DNA of 34,420 bases from a virus. Taxonomy: Duplodnaviria > Caudoviricetes. The DNA lies in the IMG/VR virus record IMGVR_UViG_3300020045_001026, positions 1-34,420 of that record. One strand, given 5' to 3'. Shown here in pieces: positions 19,344 through 27,695 of the stretch. Below the pieces are notes generated by a model. The model did no database searches. It was not told the DNA's origin and saw nothing but the letters and a program-made list of their open reading frames with translations. Numbering within the stretch: position 1 is the first letter of the stretch; each line of letters opens with the position of its first letter. Made by a program: the position numbers and the translations under genes.

Positions 19344-19909
19344 ACATCCCAACATTAGTAAGTCAGTCATTAACCAATGGAGTAACTGCGTTTGCACCAT
19401 CTGAAAACGTGGTATTCGATGCGTTAGCACTTAAGCAGAACTTAATATACCAAACAAAGAACATAGCTTTTGCACCTAACTTAACAGGTACGCTTACTGA
19501 AACACAACTTATTCAGATACTTATTCCTGCTAATACTTTTGCTGCAAGTGATGTAATTAATATCAATGATAGATATAGTAGGGTAGGTACAACTAACTCT
19601 ATTACGTTGCGTTATAAGATGTCAACAAGTGCTTCGATGCCAGCAGGTACAACAGGACAATTTGCCACTATTGTAATGGGTACGACAAACCAACACTTAG
19701 GAGTTGTTAGACAGATGAGAATTAATGGTGGTAACCTTAGTGGTATTTCTAATATATCCAATCAACCAACAGATATAGGTGCTATTAATATCGGTCAAAC
19801 TTCTCAAGCGTTTGACAGAACAGTTGATAACTATTTTTATATTTCAGCTACGTTGGCGAATACAGGCGACACGTTAGTTAGTAATTCATTCACTCTAAAT
19901 AATCTATAA
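19334..19909 (+). CDS. Fibre/receptor-binding-like structural protein
   Basis: Thr/Asn-rich beta protein of 191 aa. Confidence 0.5.
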   Translation: MDINIPTLVSQSLTNGVTAFAPSENVVFDALALKQNLIYQTKNIAFAPNLTGTLTETQLIQILIPANTFAASDVININDRYSRVGTTNSITLRYKMSTSASMPAGTTGQFATIVMGTTNQHLGVVRQMRINGGNLSGISNISNQPTDIGAINIGQTSQAFDRTVDNYFYISATLANTGDTLVSNSFTLNNL

Positions 19910-20082
19910 TGTTTACGATAATAGAAGAAAGCACAGGTAAGGTGTTATTTTGTAAGTTCGATAACGAAGTGCAAGAAGGTCAAGTAGCAGTAACGGAACT
20001 ATGTACTGAATCATTCGTTGAAGCATTCTTTGACTTCAATACTAGAACGTTTTATGGTGAACCTTTAATTGTTAAGGAATGA
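19909..20082 (+). CDS. 57-aa protein, possible fibre assembly chaperone
   Basis: Hand-translated MFTIIEESTGKVLF...PLIVKE; overlaps both neighbours (TAATG, ATGA). Confidence 0.6.
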   Translation: MFTIIEESTGKVLFCKFDNEVQEGQVAVTELCTESFVEAFFDFNTRTFYGEPLIVKE

Positions 20083-20309
20083 CACCTGAGAAGATATTAG
20101 ACCTAACAGTTAAGTTCGGAGTAGTTCCGTTAATGTTCTATTGGATAATTGTACTTGATAAGAAACTAACAACAGTTGAGAGTAGATTATACGATTGTTA
20201 CGAAGATCAAATACACACAAGACCGTTAAGTGATGAACAACCTAAGAAGATTGTAGAGTGGATTGCGGTGCTTCCTAATGAGATTAAGATAAAGCATGAA
20301 GGTAATTGA
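20079..20309 (+). CDS. Single-TM holin/antiholin-like protein
   Basis: TM segment FGVVPLMFYWIIVL at the start of the lysis region. Confidence 0.5.
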   Translation: MTPEKILDLTVKFGVVPLMFYWIIVLDKKLTTVESRLYDCYEDQIHTRPLSDEQPKKIVEWIAVLPNEIKIKHEGN

Positions 20310-20535
20310 TATAATCAAGTCAATAGCGCACGACACGTTAAAGAAAGATGTTAACGGTGTACGTGAGTGGGACAGAATGAAGCTAACAATGTTCGTGTCG
20401 TTTGTGTGGTGTATTATCATAGCTACGATAGATTATATTCAGCATGGTTGGAGAAGTGAAGCATGGTTAATTCTTATTGGTTTTGCTTTCGGAAGTAAAT
20501 TAATTGATGCACAAGCTAGGAAAATAGAAAAGTAA
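20296..20535 (+). CDS. Holin-like protein with two TM segments
   Basis: Two hydrophobic helices and a basic C-terminus. Confidence 0.6.
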   Translation: MKVIDIIKSIAHDTLKKDVNGVREWDRMKLTMFVSFVWCIIIATIDYIQHGWRSEAWLILIGFAFGSKLIDAQARKIEK

Positions 20536-20559
20536 TTGTATATTAGCCAAAAAAACCGC

Positions 20560-21333
20560 ATGAGAAAAAGACTATTTTTCGACATTGAAACGAGTTTTAA
20601 CATTGGTATCTTTTGGAGAAGTGGCTACAACCTAACAATCCAACCCGATGACATCATCAAAGAACGTGCTATCATTTGCGTTAGTTGGAAGTGGGAAGGT
20701 AATGATACGATTCATAACCTTACTTGGGATGAAAAGCAATGTGATAAGAAACTACTTAAAGCATTCATCAAAGAACTTAATAAAGCGGATGAAATCATAG
20801 CGCACAACGGTGATAGGTTCGACATCAAATGGCTTCGTACAAGGTGCTTATTTCATAACGTTGAGATGTTTCCACAGTATCAATCTATTGACACGCTTAA
20901 ACACGCTAAATCGCAGTTTAATTTCAATTCAAATAAGCTAGATTACATTGCTAAGTTCTTAGGAGTTGGAGCAAAGATTAAACACGAAGGTATGGATATG
21001 TGGAAAGCTATTATCTTTGATAAGGATAAGGATGCATTAAGACGAATGGTAGAGTATTGCGACATGGATGTTGTGGTACTTGAGAAAGTTTATGAAAAGT
21101 TAGCACCGTACTCTAAGAAGAAAGTAAACTATTCAGTTCTTCGAGGTGGTGAAAAGTTTGGATGTCCCGAATGTCAGTCTTACGATGTTAGGTTACGAAA
21201 CACTTACACAACAACCGCAGGAACTATACAACATTACCTTAGTTGTAACGAATGTAAACGTTCATCGTACAAGGTGAATAATAAGACGTTAATTGATTGG
21301 ATGCAGTATAAAATGAAAAATAATATAAAATGA
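20560..21333 (+). CDS. DEDD/RNase H-like exonuclease with C-terminal Zn ribbon
   Basis: FFDIET, AHNGDRFD, YCDMDV; CPEC and CNEC; -7-like TATATTAG at 20539. Confidence 0.85.
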   Translation: MRKRLFFDIETSFNIGIFWRSGYNLTIQPDDIIKERAIICVSWKWEGNDTIHNLTWDEKQCDKKLLKAFIKELNKADEIIAHNGDRFDIKWLRTRCLFHNVEMFPQYQSIDTLKHAKSQFNFNSNKLDYIAKFLGVGAKIKHEGMDMWKAIIFDKDKDALRRMVEYCDMDVVVLEKVYEKLAPYSKKKVNYSVLRGGEKFGCPECQSYDVRLRNTYTTTAGTIQHYLSCNECKRSSYKVNNKTLIDWMQYKMKNNIK

Positions 21334-21521
21334 AATATAGCAAACTATTACCTGAATCTAAACGTAAGGAAGCGTGGGGAGAGTATGTATGTTTTCATAA
21401 AGAGTTAACATTTGAATTGTATTGTATGTTAGTTTTTGAATATTTAATAAAATCACAATTACCTCAAACATTCGACCCAACAGTTGATAATTATTTTCAC
21501 GTTAAAATATACACCAAATGA
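21330..21521 (+). CDS. Hypothetical protein
   Basis: 63-aa ORF, ATGA-coupled on both sides. Confidence 0.55.
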   Translation: MKYSKLLPESKRKEAWGEYVCFHKELTFELYCMLVFEYLIKSQLPQTFDPTVDNYFHVKIYTK

Positions 21522-21958
21522 AACTAAACACCACACACCTACTCGCCTTTATTTGGGCTTGTGTAATATCGTTCTTGCTATACTTAGGACTTACATCGTG
21601 TTCGGCACAATACCACTACAAGAAAGCAATTAAGAAGGGGGTACAATTTGTACCTACGTCTGATACTATCACGTTAACTAAAGTCGATTCAATCCTAATC
21701 AATAACGAATGGGTAAAGGTAGTAACTGAATACGATACTATTATTCAGTACAATACAGTTTATGTTCCTAAGACACGTTATCAGATTAAGACTGAATACA
21801 AGCTGAAGCGAGATAGTATTGAAGTAGTTAAGTACAAGACTAAGATTGAATACAAGACAATCAAAGCAAAGTATAAGTTTCCTTGGGTAGCTTTGGTTAT
21901 TTGCATGGTGTTGGGATTTGTAGCGGTATTAATTAAAACTAAGATATGGATAAAATAA
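21518..21958 (+). CDS. Unimolecular spanin-like lipoprotein
   Basis: Signal peptide ending LTS-C and C-terminal TM WVALVICMVLGFVAVLI; adjacent to the endolysin. Confidence 0.65.
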   Translation: MKLNTTHLLAFIWACVISFLLYLGLTSCSAQYHYKKAIKKGVQFVPTSDTITLTKVDSILINNEWVKVVTEYDTIIQYNTVYVPKTRYQIKTEYKLKRDSIEVVKYKTKIEYKTIKAKYKFPWVALVICMVLGFVAVLIKTKIWIK

Positions 21959-22446
21959 CATTAGACAGAATTGAGTTTGCACACCCAAAGATTCGAGAAG
22001 AACTTAAAGCGCAATATTTAGAAATCAATTCGATGCTTCCAAAGAATTGCAGATTAAGATTTGCGTATGTTTTTAGATCGCCTGAAGAACAATCAGCACT
22101 ATTCAAGAAACGACCAAAGGTAACGAATGCAAACGCCTGGCAATCTATTCACAACTACGGTTTAGCTTTTGACATTGTATTATTATACGATAACGATGGT
22201 AACGGTACATTTGAAGAAGCATCATGGAGTTTAGTTAAGGATATTGATAAAGACAAAACGCCTGAATGGACTGAAGCAGTAAATTACTTTAAGTCTGAAG
22301 GATGGGTATGGGGTGGCGATTGGAAGTCGTTTAAAGATGCACCACACTTTGAGAAAACGTTTGGTTATACTTGGCGTACATTGAAGCCATTAATAGATAG
22401 TGGTAATATTATTGAAGTAAATGGTATTAAGTATCCAAATATTTAG
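21946..22446 (+). CDS. Endolysin, M15 L-Ala-D-Glu peptidase
   Basis: RSPEEQ, SIHNYGLAFD, WGGDW, DAPHFE. Confidence 0.92.
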   Translation: MDKITLDRIEFAHPKIREELKAQYLEINSMLPKNCRLRFAYVFRSPEEQSALFKKRPKVTNANAWQSIHNYGLAFDIVLLYDNDGNGTFEEASWSLVKDIDKDKTPEWTEAVNYFKSEGWVWGGDWKSFKDAPHFEKTFGYTWRTLKPLIDSGNIIEVNGIKYPNI

Positions 22447-22454
22447 TACATTCG

Positions 22455-22618
22455 CTACTCATAGAAGTTAGTTTTTCAAGTTAGGTTTAAGGTGGCTATT
22501 CTCGTTTAAGTATGCGTACACTCGGGCTAAGACAAATAGTCACCTTTTTTACAATCAAATAGTTTAAACGCGGGAACGTCAACTATTTTAAACCCTCATC
22601 ATTCGGTGGGGGTTTTTT
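22455..22618 (+). ncRNA. Putative structured small RNA
   Basis: -7-like TACATTCG at 22447-22454, three hairpins with two T-tailed ends, no long ORF. Confidence 0.5.
22590..22618 (+). terminator. Intrinsic terminator
   Basis: AAACCCTCATC-ATTC-GGTGGGGGTTT hairpin plus T run. Confidence 0.85.
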
Positions 22619-22623
22619 AATTT

Positions 22624-22693
22624 ACCACTCACCCTAATAATTCACCGTTCATCACATTTCTTAATTTTATTCGGAATAGATGATGTAGTTTAG
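22624..22693 (+). promoter_or_regulatory. LytTR-like direct repeat plus -7 element
   Basis: ACCACTCAC at 22624, ACCGTTCATCACA at 22644, TAGTTTAG at 22686. Confidence 0.7.
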
Positions 22694-22709
22694 TAGAAAA
22701 TTAAACGAC

Positions 22710-22934
22710 ATGAAACAACTAATTAACACAGCGCATCAACTTTACAAGGAGTTAGAGTTATGGCAAGGAATGATGAGTAACGCTTACGAACTGTTATTAA
22801 TTGTAAGAGAGGGTAAGCAATTCTGTTCAGATGATGTACAAAGCGCATCTAAGCAATACCACGAATGTAGACTTAATACACTTCGTGTACAAGAATCAAT
22901 CGACAAAGTAATTAATGAAATTAAAGCTAAGTAA
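22710..22934 (+). CDS. Hypothetical coiled-coil protein
   Basis: 74-aa first ORF after the promoter. Confidence 0.65.
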   Translation: MKQLINTAHQLYKELELWQGMMSNAYELLLIVREGKQFCSDDVQSASKQYHECRLNTLRVQESIDKVINEIKAK

Positions 22935-22935
22935 G

Positions 22936-23856
22936 ATGAAAAAGAAAGATTTTTTTGAAGAACAATTAGGTAAAACTTTTGGAGAGTTTTATAAGGAATG
23001 TGATAACAAAAAAGAAGGTTACTATTCAAAGAGTGCTTCGAGTGGTAACTCTTCAAAGAGTGCTTCGAGTGGTTACTCTTCAACGAGTGCTTCGAGTGGT
23101 GACTATTCAACGAGTGCTTCGAGTGGTAACTCTTCAACGAGTGCTTCGAGTGGTTACTCTTCAACGAGTGCTTCGAGTGGTAACTCTTCAACGAGTGCTT
23201 CGAGTGGTTACTATTCAAAGAGTGCTTCGAGTGGTTACTATTCAAAGAGTGCTTCGAGTGGTGACTATTCAAAGAGTGCTTCGAGTGGTGACTATTCTTC
23301 TGCTACTGCAAACGGATTCTTTGCAACGGTTAAAGGTGCAGGTGTTGGATGCTTAATATCTGCGGTTGAGTTCAATAAAGACTGTCAACCAATAGGAGTA
23401 GCTTGGGGTATTATTGGTGTTGATGTTGAAGCTAATAAAGAATACATTGCACATAATGGTAAGTTAAAAGAATATATCATAGTTGATGGCATTCGTTCTA
23501 TCTTATTAAGTCGCAAGGCTAATGTAATGAAGGTACTTACTAATTCATTTGAAACGTTATATATAGTTACTAAAGATGGTTATTCAGCGCATGGTAAAAC
23601 GATTAAACAAGCGAATGAAGATGTTAACTTTAAACTAATATCAGAGAAACTAAAGAACGAACCAATCTTAGAAGATACGATTGTAACGGTTAAGCATTAC
23701 AGATTAATTACAGGTGCTTGTGAGGTTGGTGTAAAGTCATGGATGCAAGAGAATAAGATTGAAGAGGGTTTAACGGCTAAGGAGTTGTTACCTGTCTTAG
23801 AACGAACTAATGCGTATGGAGTTTCTAAATTTAAATCATTGATATCATGGGGTTAA
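22936..23856 (+). CDS. Protein with 9-aa Ser/Gly repeats and a YRLITGAC C-terminal domain
   Basis: Ten SASSG units; start at 22936 follows the previous stop. Confidence 0.8.
   Translation: MKKKDFFEEQLGKTFGEFYKECDNKKEGYYSKSASSGNSSKSASSGYSSTSASSGDYSTSASSGNSSTSASSGYSSTSASSGNSSTSASSGYYSKSASSGYYSKSASSGDYSKSASSGDYSSATANGFFATVKGAGVGCLISAVEFNKDCQPIGVAWGIIGVDVEANKEYIAHNGKLKEYIIVDGIRSILLSRKANVMKVLTNSFETLYIVTKDGYSAHGKTIKQANEDVNFKLISEKLKNEPILEDTIVTVKHYRLITGACEVGVKSWMQENKIEEGLTAKELLPVLERTNAYGVSKFKSLISWG
23017..23297 (+). repeat. 27-bp coding tandem repeat, about 10.4 copies
   Basis: GGT (A/T/G)AC T(C/A)T TCA A(A/C)G AGT GCT TCG AGT. Confidence 0.97.
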
Positions 23857-24011
23857 AACAATGGCTAAACAAGTCGACCAAGCCAACGACAAAAGAGAAT
23901 AGTTATACGCCACCTAAATACGTGTGTGTAAGTAGTTCAGTAGATGAAGGTCAAGGAATGACTTTTAATGAGAAAGCAAATCATATATTTAAACAAATAA
24001 AGAAATGCTAA
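23847..24011 (+). CDS. Hypothetical 54-aa protein
   Basis: Hand-translated MGLKQWLNK...FKQIKKC; fills the gap and overlaps both neighbours. Confidence 0.5.
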   Translation: MGLKQWLNKSTKPTTKENSYTPPKYVCVSSSVDEGQGMTFNEKANHIFKQIKKC

Positions 24012-24199
24012 TAGGCGACAGAAAGTACTCACAGTTCTACAAGCAATGGGGAACGGTACAACGGATTAAGGACTTATCAGAAGATTACCCCGTAGTGATT
24101 AGCTTCGATAATGGTTCAGTAGATTACTATACACTAGATGGTAAGATGTTTATAGAGTTTGATGTAAAAGATTTGGAAGATGAAGCGGAAGATATTTAG
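24005..24199 (+). CDS. Hypothetical small beta protein
   Basis: 64 aa; WGTV...DYPV...YTLDGK. Confidence 0.65.
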   Translation: MLIGDRKYSQFYKQWGTVQRIKDLSEDYPVVISFDNGSVDYYTLDGKMFIEFDVKDLEDEAEDI

Positions 24200-24551
24200 A
24201 GAGTTAACCCACAAGCAGAAGGAACAAATTACAGTTGAGTTTCATCTTAGAACGCTTAGTTCAATGGCTCGTAAGTTTAACGTATCTAAAACAACTATTC
24301 ACTTAGTGGTTACAGATTACTTTAAGAAGAAACGAATAGATGTGACAGGCTTAACAGTAACCGAGATAATGGCTAAATACAATTGTACTATGTCGAATGC
24401 ACTTAGGTTACGAATGAAGTTTGAACAACCTATGTACGGATCGGTTTACTTCGGTCAAGTTAAAGAAGCTATCTACTCGAATGAAAACGAGATGATGATA
24501 CCTAGTTACTCGGTTAAAGATTTGAAAGGGTGGGAGGCTCAACAGGTATGA
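24180..24551 (+). CDS. HTH DNA-binding protein
   Basis: TLSSMARKFNVSKTTIH and a second HTH-like segment TVTEIMAKYNCTMS. Confidence 0.7.
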   Translation: MKRKIFRELTHKQKEQITVEFHLRTLSSMARKFNVSKTTIHLVVTDYFKKKRIDVTGLTVTEIMAKYNCTMSNALRLRMKFEQPMYGSVYFGQVKEAIYSNENEMMIPSYSVKDLKGWEAQQV

Positions 24552-24706
24552 AACAAGTATTTATTAAGCGTTACGGATGGTTAAAAGTATTAGAGCAAAG
24601 CGGTAATTATTCTCTTTGCTTATTTGATAACGGTTCAAAGATTTGTTTTAACACAAGTGGATTTGAATTTAGAAATGTAGAATCACAATTAAAAATAGAA
24701 TTATGA
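24548..24706 (+). CDS. Hypothetical 52-aa protein
   Basis: Hand-translated MKQVFIKRYGW...LKIEL; ATGA overlaps on both sides. Confidence 0.55.
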   Translation: MKQVFIKRYGWLKVLEQSGNYSLCLFDNGSKICFNTSGFEFRNVESQLKIEL

Positions 24707-24960
24707 GTAGAAAAAAGAAAATAATAGAACATCAGATAGTTGATATTTCTGATATTTTTGTAGTTGTAAATAAAGAAAACTTTGAAAGATTTATGATGGA
24801 TTTCATGTTGTTTGTACATCAAATAGGTGACGTAAAAGAAAAATATCCAGAGTTAAAAGTTCAGGGCATGACTTGGAAAGATGATGGTGTTCATGAAATA
24901 ACAGGCTACTCAATGAATGGTAATAAGATTGTATTTAAGAAAAAGACTACTCTATTATGA
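24703..24960 (+). CDS. Hypothetical protein
   Basis: 85-aa coupled ORF. Confidence 0.6.
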   Translation: MSRKKKIIEHQIVDISDIFVVVNKENFERFMMDFMLFVHQIGDVKEKYPELKVQGMTWKDDGVHEITGYSMNGNKIVFKKKTTLL

Positions 24961-25181
24961 CCCACGAACAGAAACTCCTAGCATCACAACTCCTTCCAGT
25001 ACTTGCAGACTTCTTAGAAGATGTACCGATGACACAACTAGCGAAGATGAAACGAAATAGACTAGTTCAAGAGATACGTTCATTCGATGCGTTCCTGATG
25101 GTAGGTGCTGATATCGAAGCAATGGAACAACAGATAGAACTACAACAAGCGTTTAGACAATGGTTAAAAGAGATGATATGA
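24957..25181 (+). CDS. Hypothetical protein
   Basis: 74-aa coupled ORF. Confidence 0.65.
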   Translation: MTHEQKLLASQLLPVLADFLEDVPMTQLAKMKRNRLVQEIRSFDAFLMVGADIEAMEQQIELQQAFRQWLKEMI

Positions 25182-25843
25182 AGATACTAAATTTATACGC
25201 TTGTTTAGGCGGTAACAGATACAAGTGGGATGAAGTAGCTAATGAAGCTGGAATTGAAATAGAAGTAACTGCGGTGGAGTTAGACGAAGAAGCTGCAAGA
25301 TTATATCAAGAACGATTCCCAAACGATATAGTAATAGTTGCAGATGCACACCAATACTTATTAGACCATTTTAAAGAGTTTGATTTTATTTGGAGTTCAC
25401 CACCTTGTCCTACACATTCTAGCATAAGGATGAGTCAAAAAAATAGAGTTACATTTGAAAATAAATATCCCGACATGAAATTATATGAAGAGATATTACT
25501 TTTAAAATATCAATTTAACGGTAAGTATTTAGTTGAAAATGTAATCCCGTATTATGAGCCATTAATTTCAGCTCAAAAAAGAGGTAGGCATTTATATTGG
25601 AGTAACTTTATTTTACCGAATAACATTGATAGGGAAGAAAGTAAAGGTATAGTTGGGAGTGCTAAAAATGAATTAGATTTATTATGTAAGCTACACGATT
25701 ACGACTTTAGAAAATATAAAGGTGAACAATCAACTATTAAAATGGCTCGTAACCTGGTAGACTATGAAGCAGGTAGAACTATCTTTGAAACTGCTTTAGG
25801 TATCATTCGCAAATCAGATGTTAGGCAGACTGAGTTATTTTAA
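25178..25843 (+). CDS. C5-cytosine DNA methyltransferase-like protein
   Basis: LNLYACLGG (motif I variant), SSPPC (motif IV), VENV (motif VI). Confidence 0.85.
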   Translation: MKILNLYACLGGNRYKWDEVANEAGIEIEVTAVELDEEAARLYQERFPNDIVIVADAHQYLLDHFKEFDFIWSSPPCPTHSSIRMSQKNRVTFENKYPDMKLYEEILLLKYQFNGKYLVENVIPYYEPLISAQKRGRHLYWSNFILPNNIDREESKGIVGSAKNELDLLCKLHDYDFRKYKGEQSTIKMARNLVDYEAGRTIFETALGIIRKSDVRQTELF

Positions 25844-25911
25844 CCACTCATCTACTCCAATAACCGTTCATCACAATTACTAGAATAAAGTAAACTAATT
25901 GATTAACTTTG
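25843..25911 (+). promoter_or_regulatory. LytTR-like direct repeat plus -7 element
   Basis: ACCACTCATC at 25843, ACCGTTCATCACA at 25863, TAACTTTG at 25904. Confidence 0.75.
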
Positions 25912-25927
25912 AATAAAATTAATGACT

Positions 25928-26449
25928 ATGAAAACACATTGGAAGAAAAACAACGATTCACGCTATATTAGCGGTGAAGATTTAAAGTTTGGCGAATCAC
26001 TTGGAAAAGGATTACGACCTGAAATGGTAGTGACTATTGCAGCTTTTAAAGATGCTGAATCATTTGACCAAAAAGAACAAGAAAAGATTATTAAAACAGG
26101 TTTAGACTTGTTAGAATATCCTAGTGGCAAACCATTACATAAACCTGTATTGTTAAATAACAAGAATGGTGAGTTCTTTCAAAAAGAATTTGGTAGTGAG
26201 TTCCTAGAAGATTGGGTTGGTAAGCCAGTTATTATGTTTGCTATGGTAGATAAACGTCACGGTTATGTAGTTAGGTTTAAGAAGTTCTTTCAACAGCAAC
26301 AAGTTTCAGACGTACAGGCAATGATTGAATTAGCTAAATGCACGACATTAGACGAACTTAAAACAACTTGGGACTTACTTACACAAGCTGAGAAGAATCT
26401 ACCTACTGTGATGGCTAAGAAAGAAACTCTTAAATCTACGTTGAAATGA
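25928..26449 (+). CDS. Putative recombination/ssDNA-annealing protein
   Basis: Upstream of exonuclease and SSB genes; KTHWKK N-terminus. Confidence 0.55.
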   Translation: MKTHWKKNNDSRYISGEDLKFGESLGKGLRPEMVVTIAAFKDAESFDQKEQEKIIKTGLDLLEYPSGKPLHKPVLLNNKNGEFFQKEFGSEFLEDWVGKPVIMFAMVDKRHGYVVRFKKFFQQQQVSDVQAMIELAKCTTLDELKTTWDLLTQAEKNLPTVMAKKETLKSTLK

Positions 26450-26619
26450 GAAATATCCAAATCATTCAGTACATGATTAGTGTAGTTGAAAACTACATCT
26501 ATGAAAAGAAGCGTGTAAGCGTTACTATTAATCCTATTAGCATATTATCTTCACAAGACCAATTAGATAAGCTAATAGACGCTTATAACCATATTAAAAC
26601 TCAATACCCAAACGTATGA
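26446..26619 (+). CDS. Hypothetical 57-aa protein
   Basis: Hand-translated MRNIQIIQY...TQYPNV; ATGA overlaps on both sides. Confidence 0.55.
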   Translation: MRNIQIIQYMISVVENYIYEKKRVSVTINPISILSSQDQLDKLIDAYNHIKTQYPNV

Positions 26620-27263
26620 TTATCCACAACGATCCACAAGGCTCAATCGAATGGCACGAATCGAGATGGGCTAAGATAACATCTACTAGAGCATCACAAC
26701 TCTTTGTTAAGTCTGATAATCTATTCTTAGAACTGCTTGGTGAGTATACTGAGCAGTTCCAGGTAGAAGATAACTACGAATCTTACGACATGATTAGGGG
26801 TAAAGAGTTAGAACCAGAAGCACGTTACAAAGTTAGTCAATACACAGGATTAGAATTTAATGAAGTTGGATTAGCTATATCTACTTCATGTCCTATTATC
26901 GGAATCTCAATGGATGGTTTAACAGATGACCATACTAAAGCGTGTGAGATTAAATGCCCTAAAGCTAAGAAGCATTTACAAACGTGCTTAGAAGGTGAAA
27001 TACCATTAGACAATTTAGATCAATGCGTTCATTATTTTACGGTCAATCCTAAACTCGAATCGTTATTTTTCGTATCTTACAGACCTGAAAGTATTAAACC
27101 ATTATTCGTTAAAGAACTTAAGCGTACCGATTCAGTTAACTTAGGAACTAAAGCGAAACCAATATTAAAGACAGTACAAGAATGGGTTGAGTTAGCACTT
27201 GCCGAAGCTGAAGCAATCAATGATAAACTAAACAAGGCAGTAATTAAATTAACGGAGATATAA
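26616..27263 (+). CDS. YqaJ/lambda-exonuclease family nuclease
   Basis: QGSIEWHESR, ITST, RGKELEPEAR, SMDGL, EIKCP. Confidence 0.9.
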   Translation: MIIHNDPQGSIEWHESRWAKITSTRASQLFVKSDNLFLELLGEYTEQFQVEDNYESYDMIRGKELEPEARYKVSQYTGLEFNEVGLAISTSCPIIGISMDGLTDDHTKACEIKCPKAKKHLQTCLEGEIPLDNLDQCVHYFTVNPKLESLFFVSYRPESIKPLFVKELKRTDSVNLGTKAKPILKTVQEWVELALAEAEAINDKLNKAVIKLTEI

Positions 27264-27265
27264 CA

Positions 27266-27625
27266 ATGGAAGTAAAAGGAAAAGTAAAGGTAGTTAACGC
27301 TACTGAAGAAGTAGGAACTAAAGGATTTAAGAAGCGTTTATTAGTTGTTGAAACTGAAGAAACTTACCCACAATCAATACCAGTTGAATTTGTACAGGAT
27401 AAATGTAATTTATTAGATTACATTCAAGTAGGTCAAGATGTAACGGTACAGATTAATTTAAGAGGTTCAGAGTATAACGGGCGTTATTATGTACAGTTAC
27501 AGGGTTGGAAAATTGAAGCAAGTAGCGAATATGCTACAACTCCGAACCCAGTAAGTAATATGCAACCACCTTTACCAACGTCAACACAAGGCGAACCGTT
27601 ACCTGAAGATGATCTACCCTTCTGA
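27266..27625 (+). CDS. Single-stranded DNA-binding protein, DUF3127-like
   Basis: FKKRLLVVET..YPQ, INLRG, GWKIE and acidic tail EDDLPF. Confidence 0.88.
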   Translation: MEVKGKVKVVNATEEVGTKGFKKRLLVVETEETYPQSIPVEFVQDKCNLLDYIQVGQDVTVQINLRGSEYNGRYYVQLQGWKIEASSEYATTPNPVSNMQPPLPTSTQGEPLPEDDLPF

Positions 27626-27668
27626 GATAATCAAAACGTCAAGCTATTAATTAGCACATTTAATTTAG

Positions 27669-27695
27669 AAGCCCCTCCATTGTGAGGGGTTTTTT
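27669..27695 (+). terminator. Intrinsic terminator
   Basis: AGCCCCTC-CATTGT-GAGGGGTT hairpin plus T run. Confidence 0.85.

Noticed and set aside
23017-23297. CRISPR-like or mini-array reading of the GAGTGCTTCGAGTGGT repeats
   Set aside because: The intervening 11 nt are near-identical, the period is 27 bp and in frame within a gene, and no cas genes are present
23017-23297. DGR variable region or ice-nucleation protein
   Set aside because: No reverse transcriptase or template repeat is seen; ice-nucleation repeats are 8/16-mers in far longer arrays
22784-23356. Alternative-frame ORFs 22784-23272 (-) and 22979-23356 (+)
   Set aside because: They are open only because the repeat lacks stops in those frames; they have no domain content outside it
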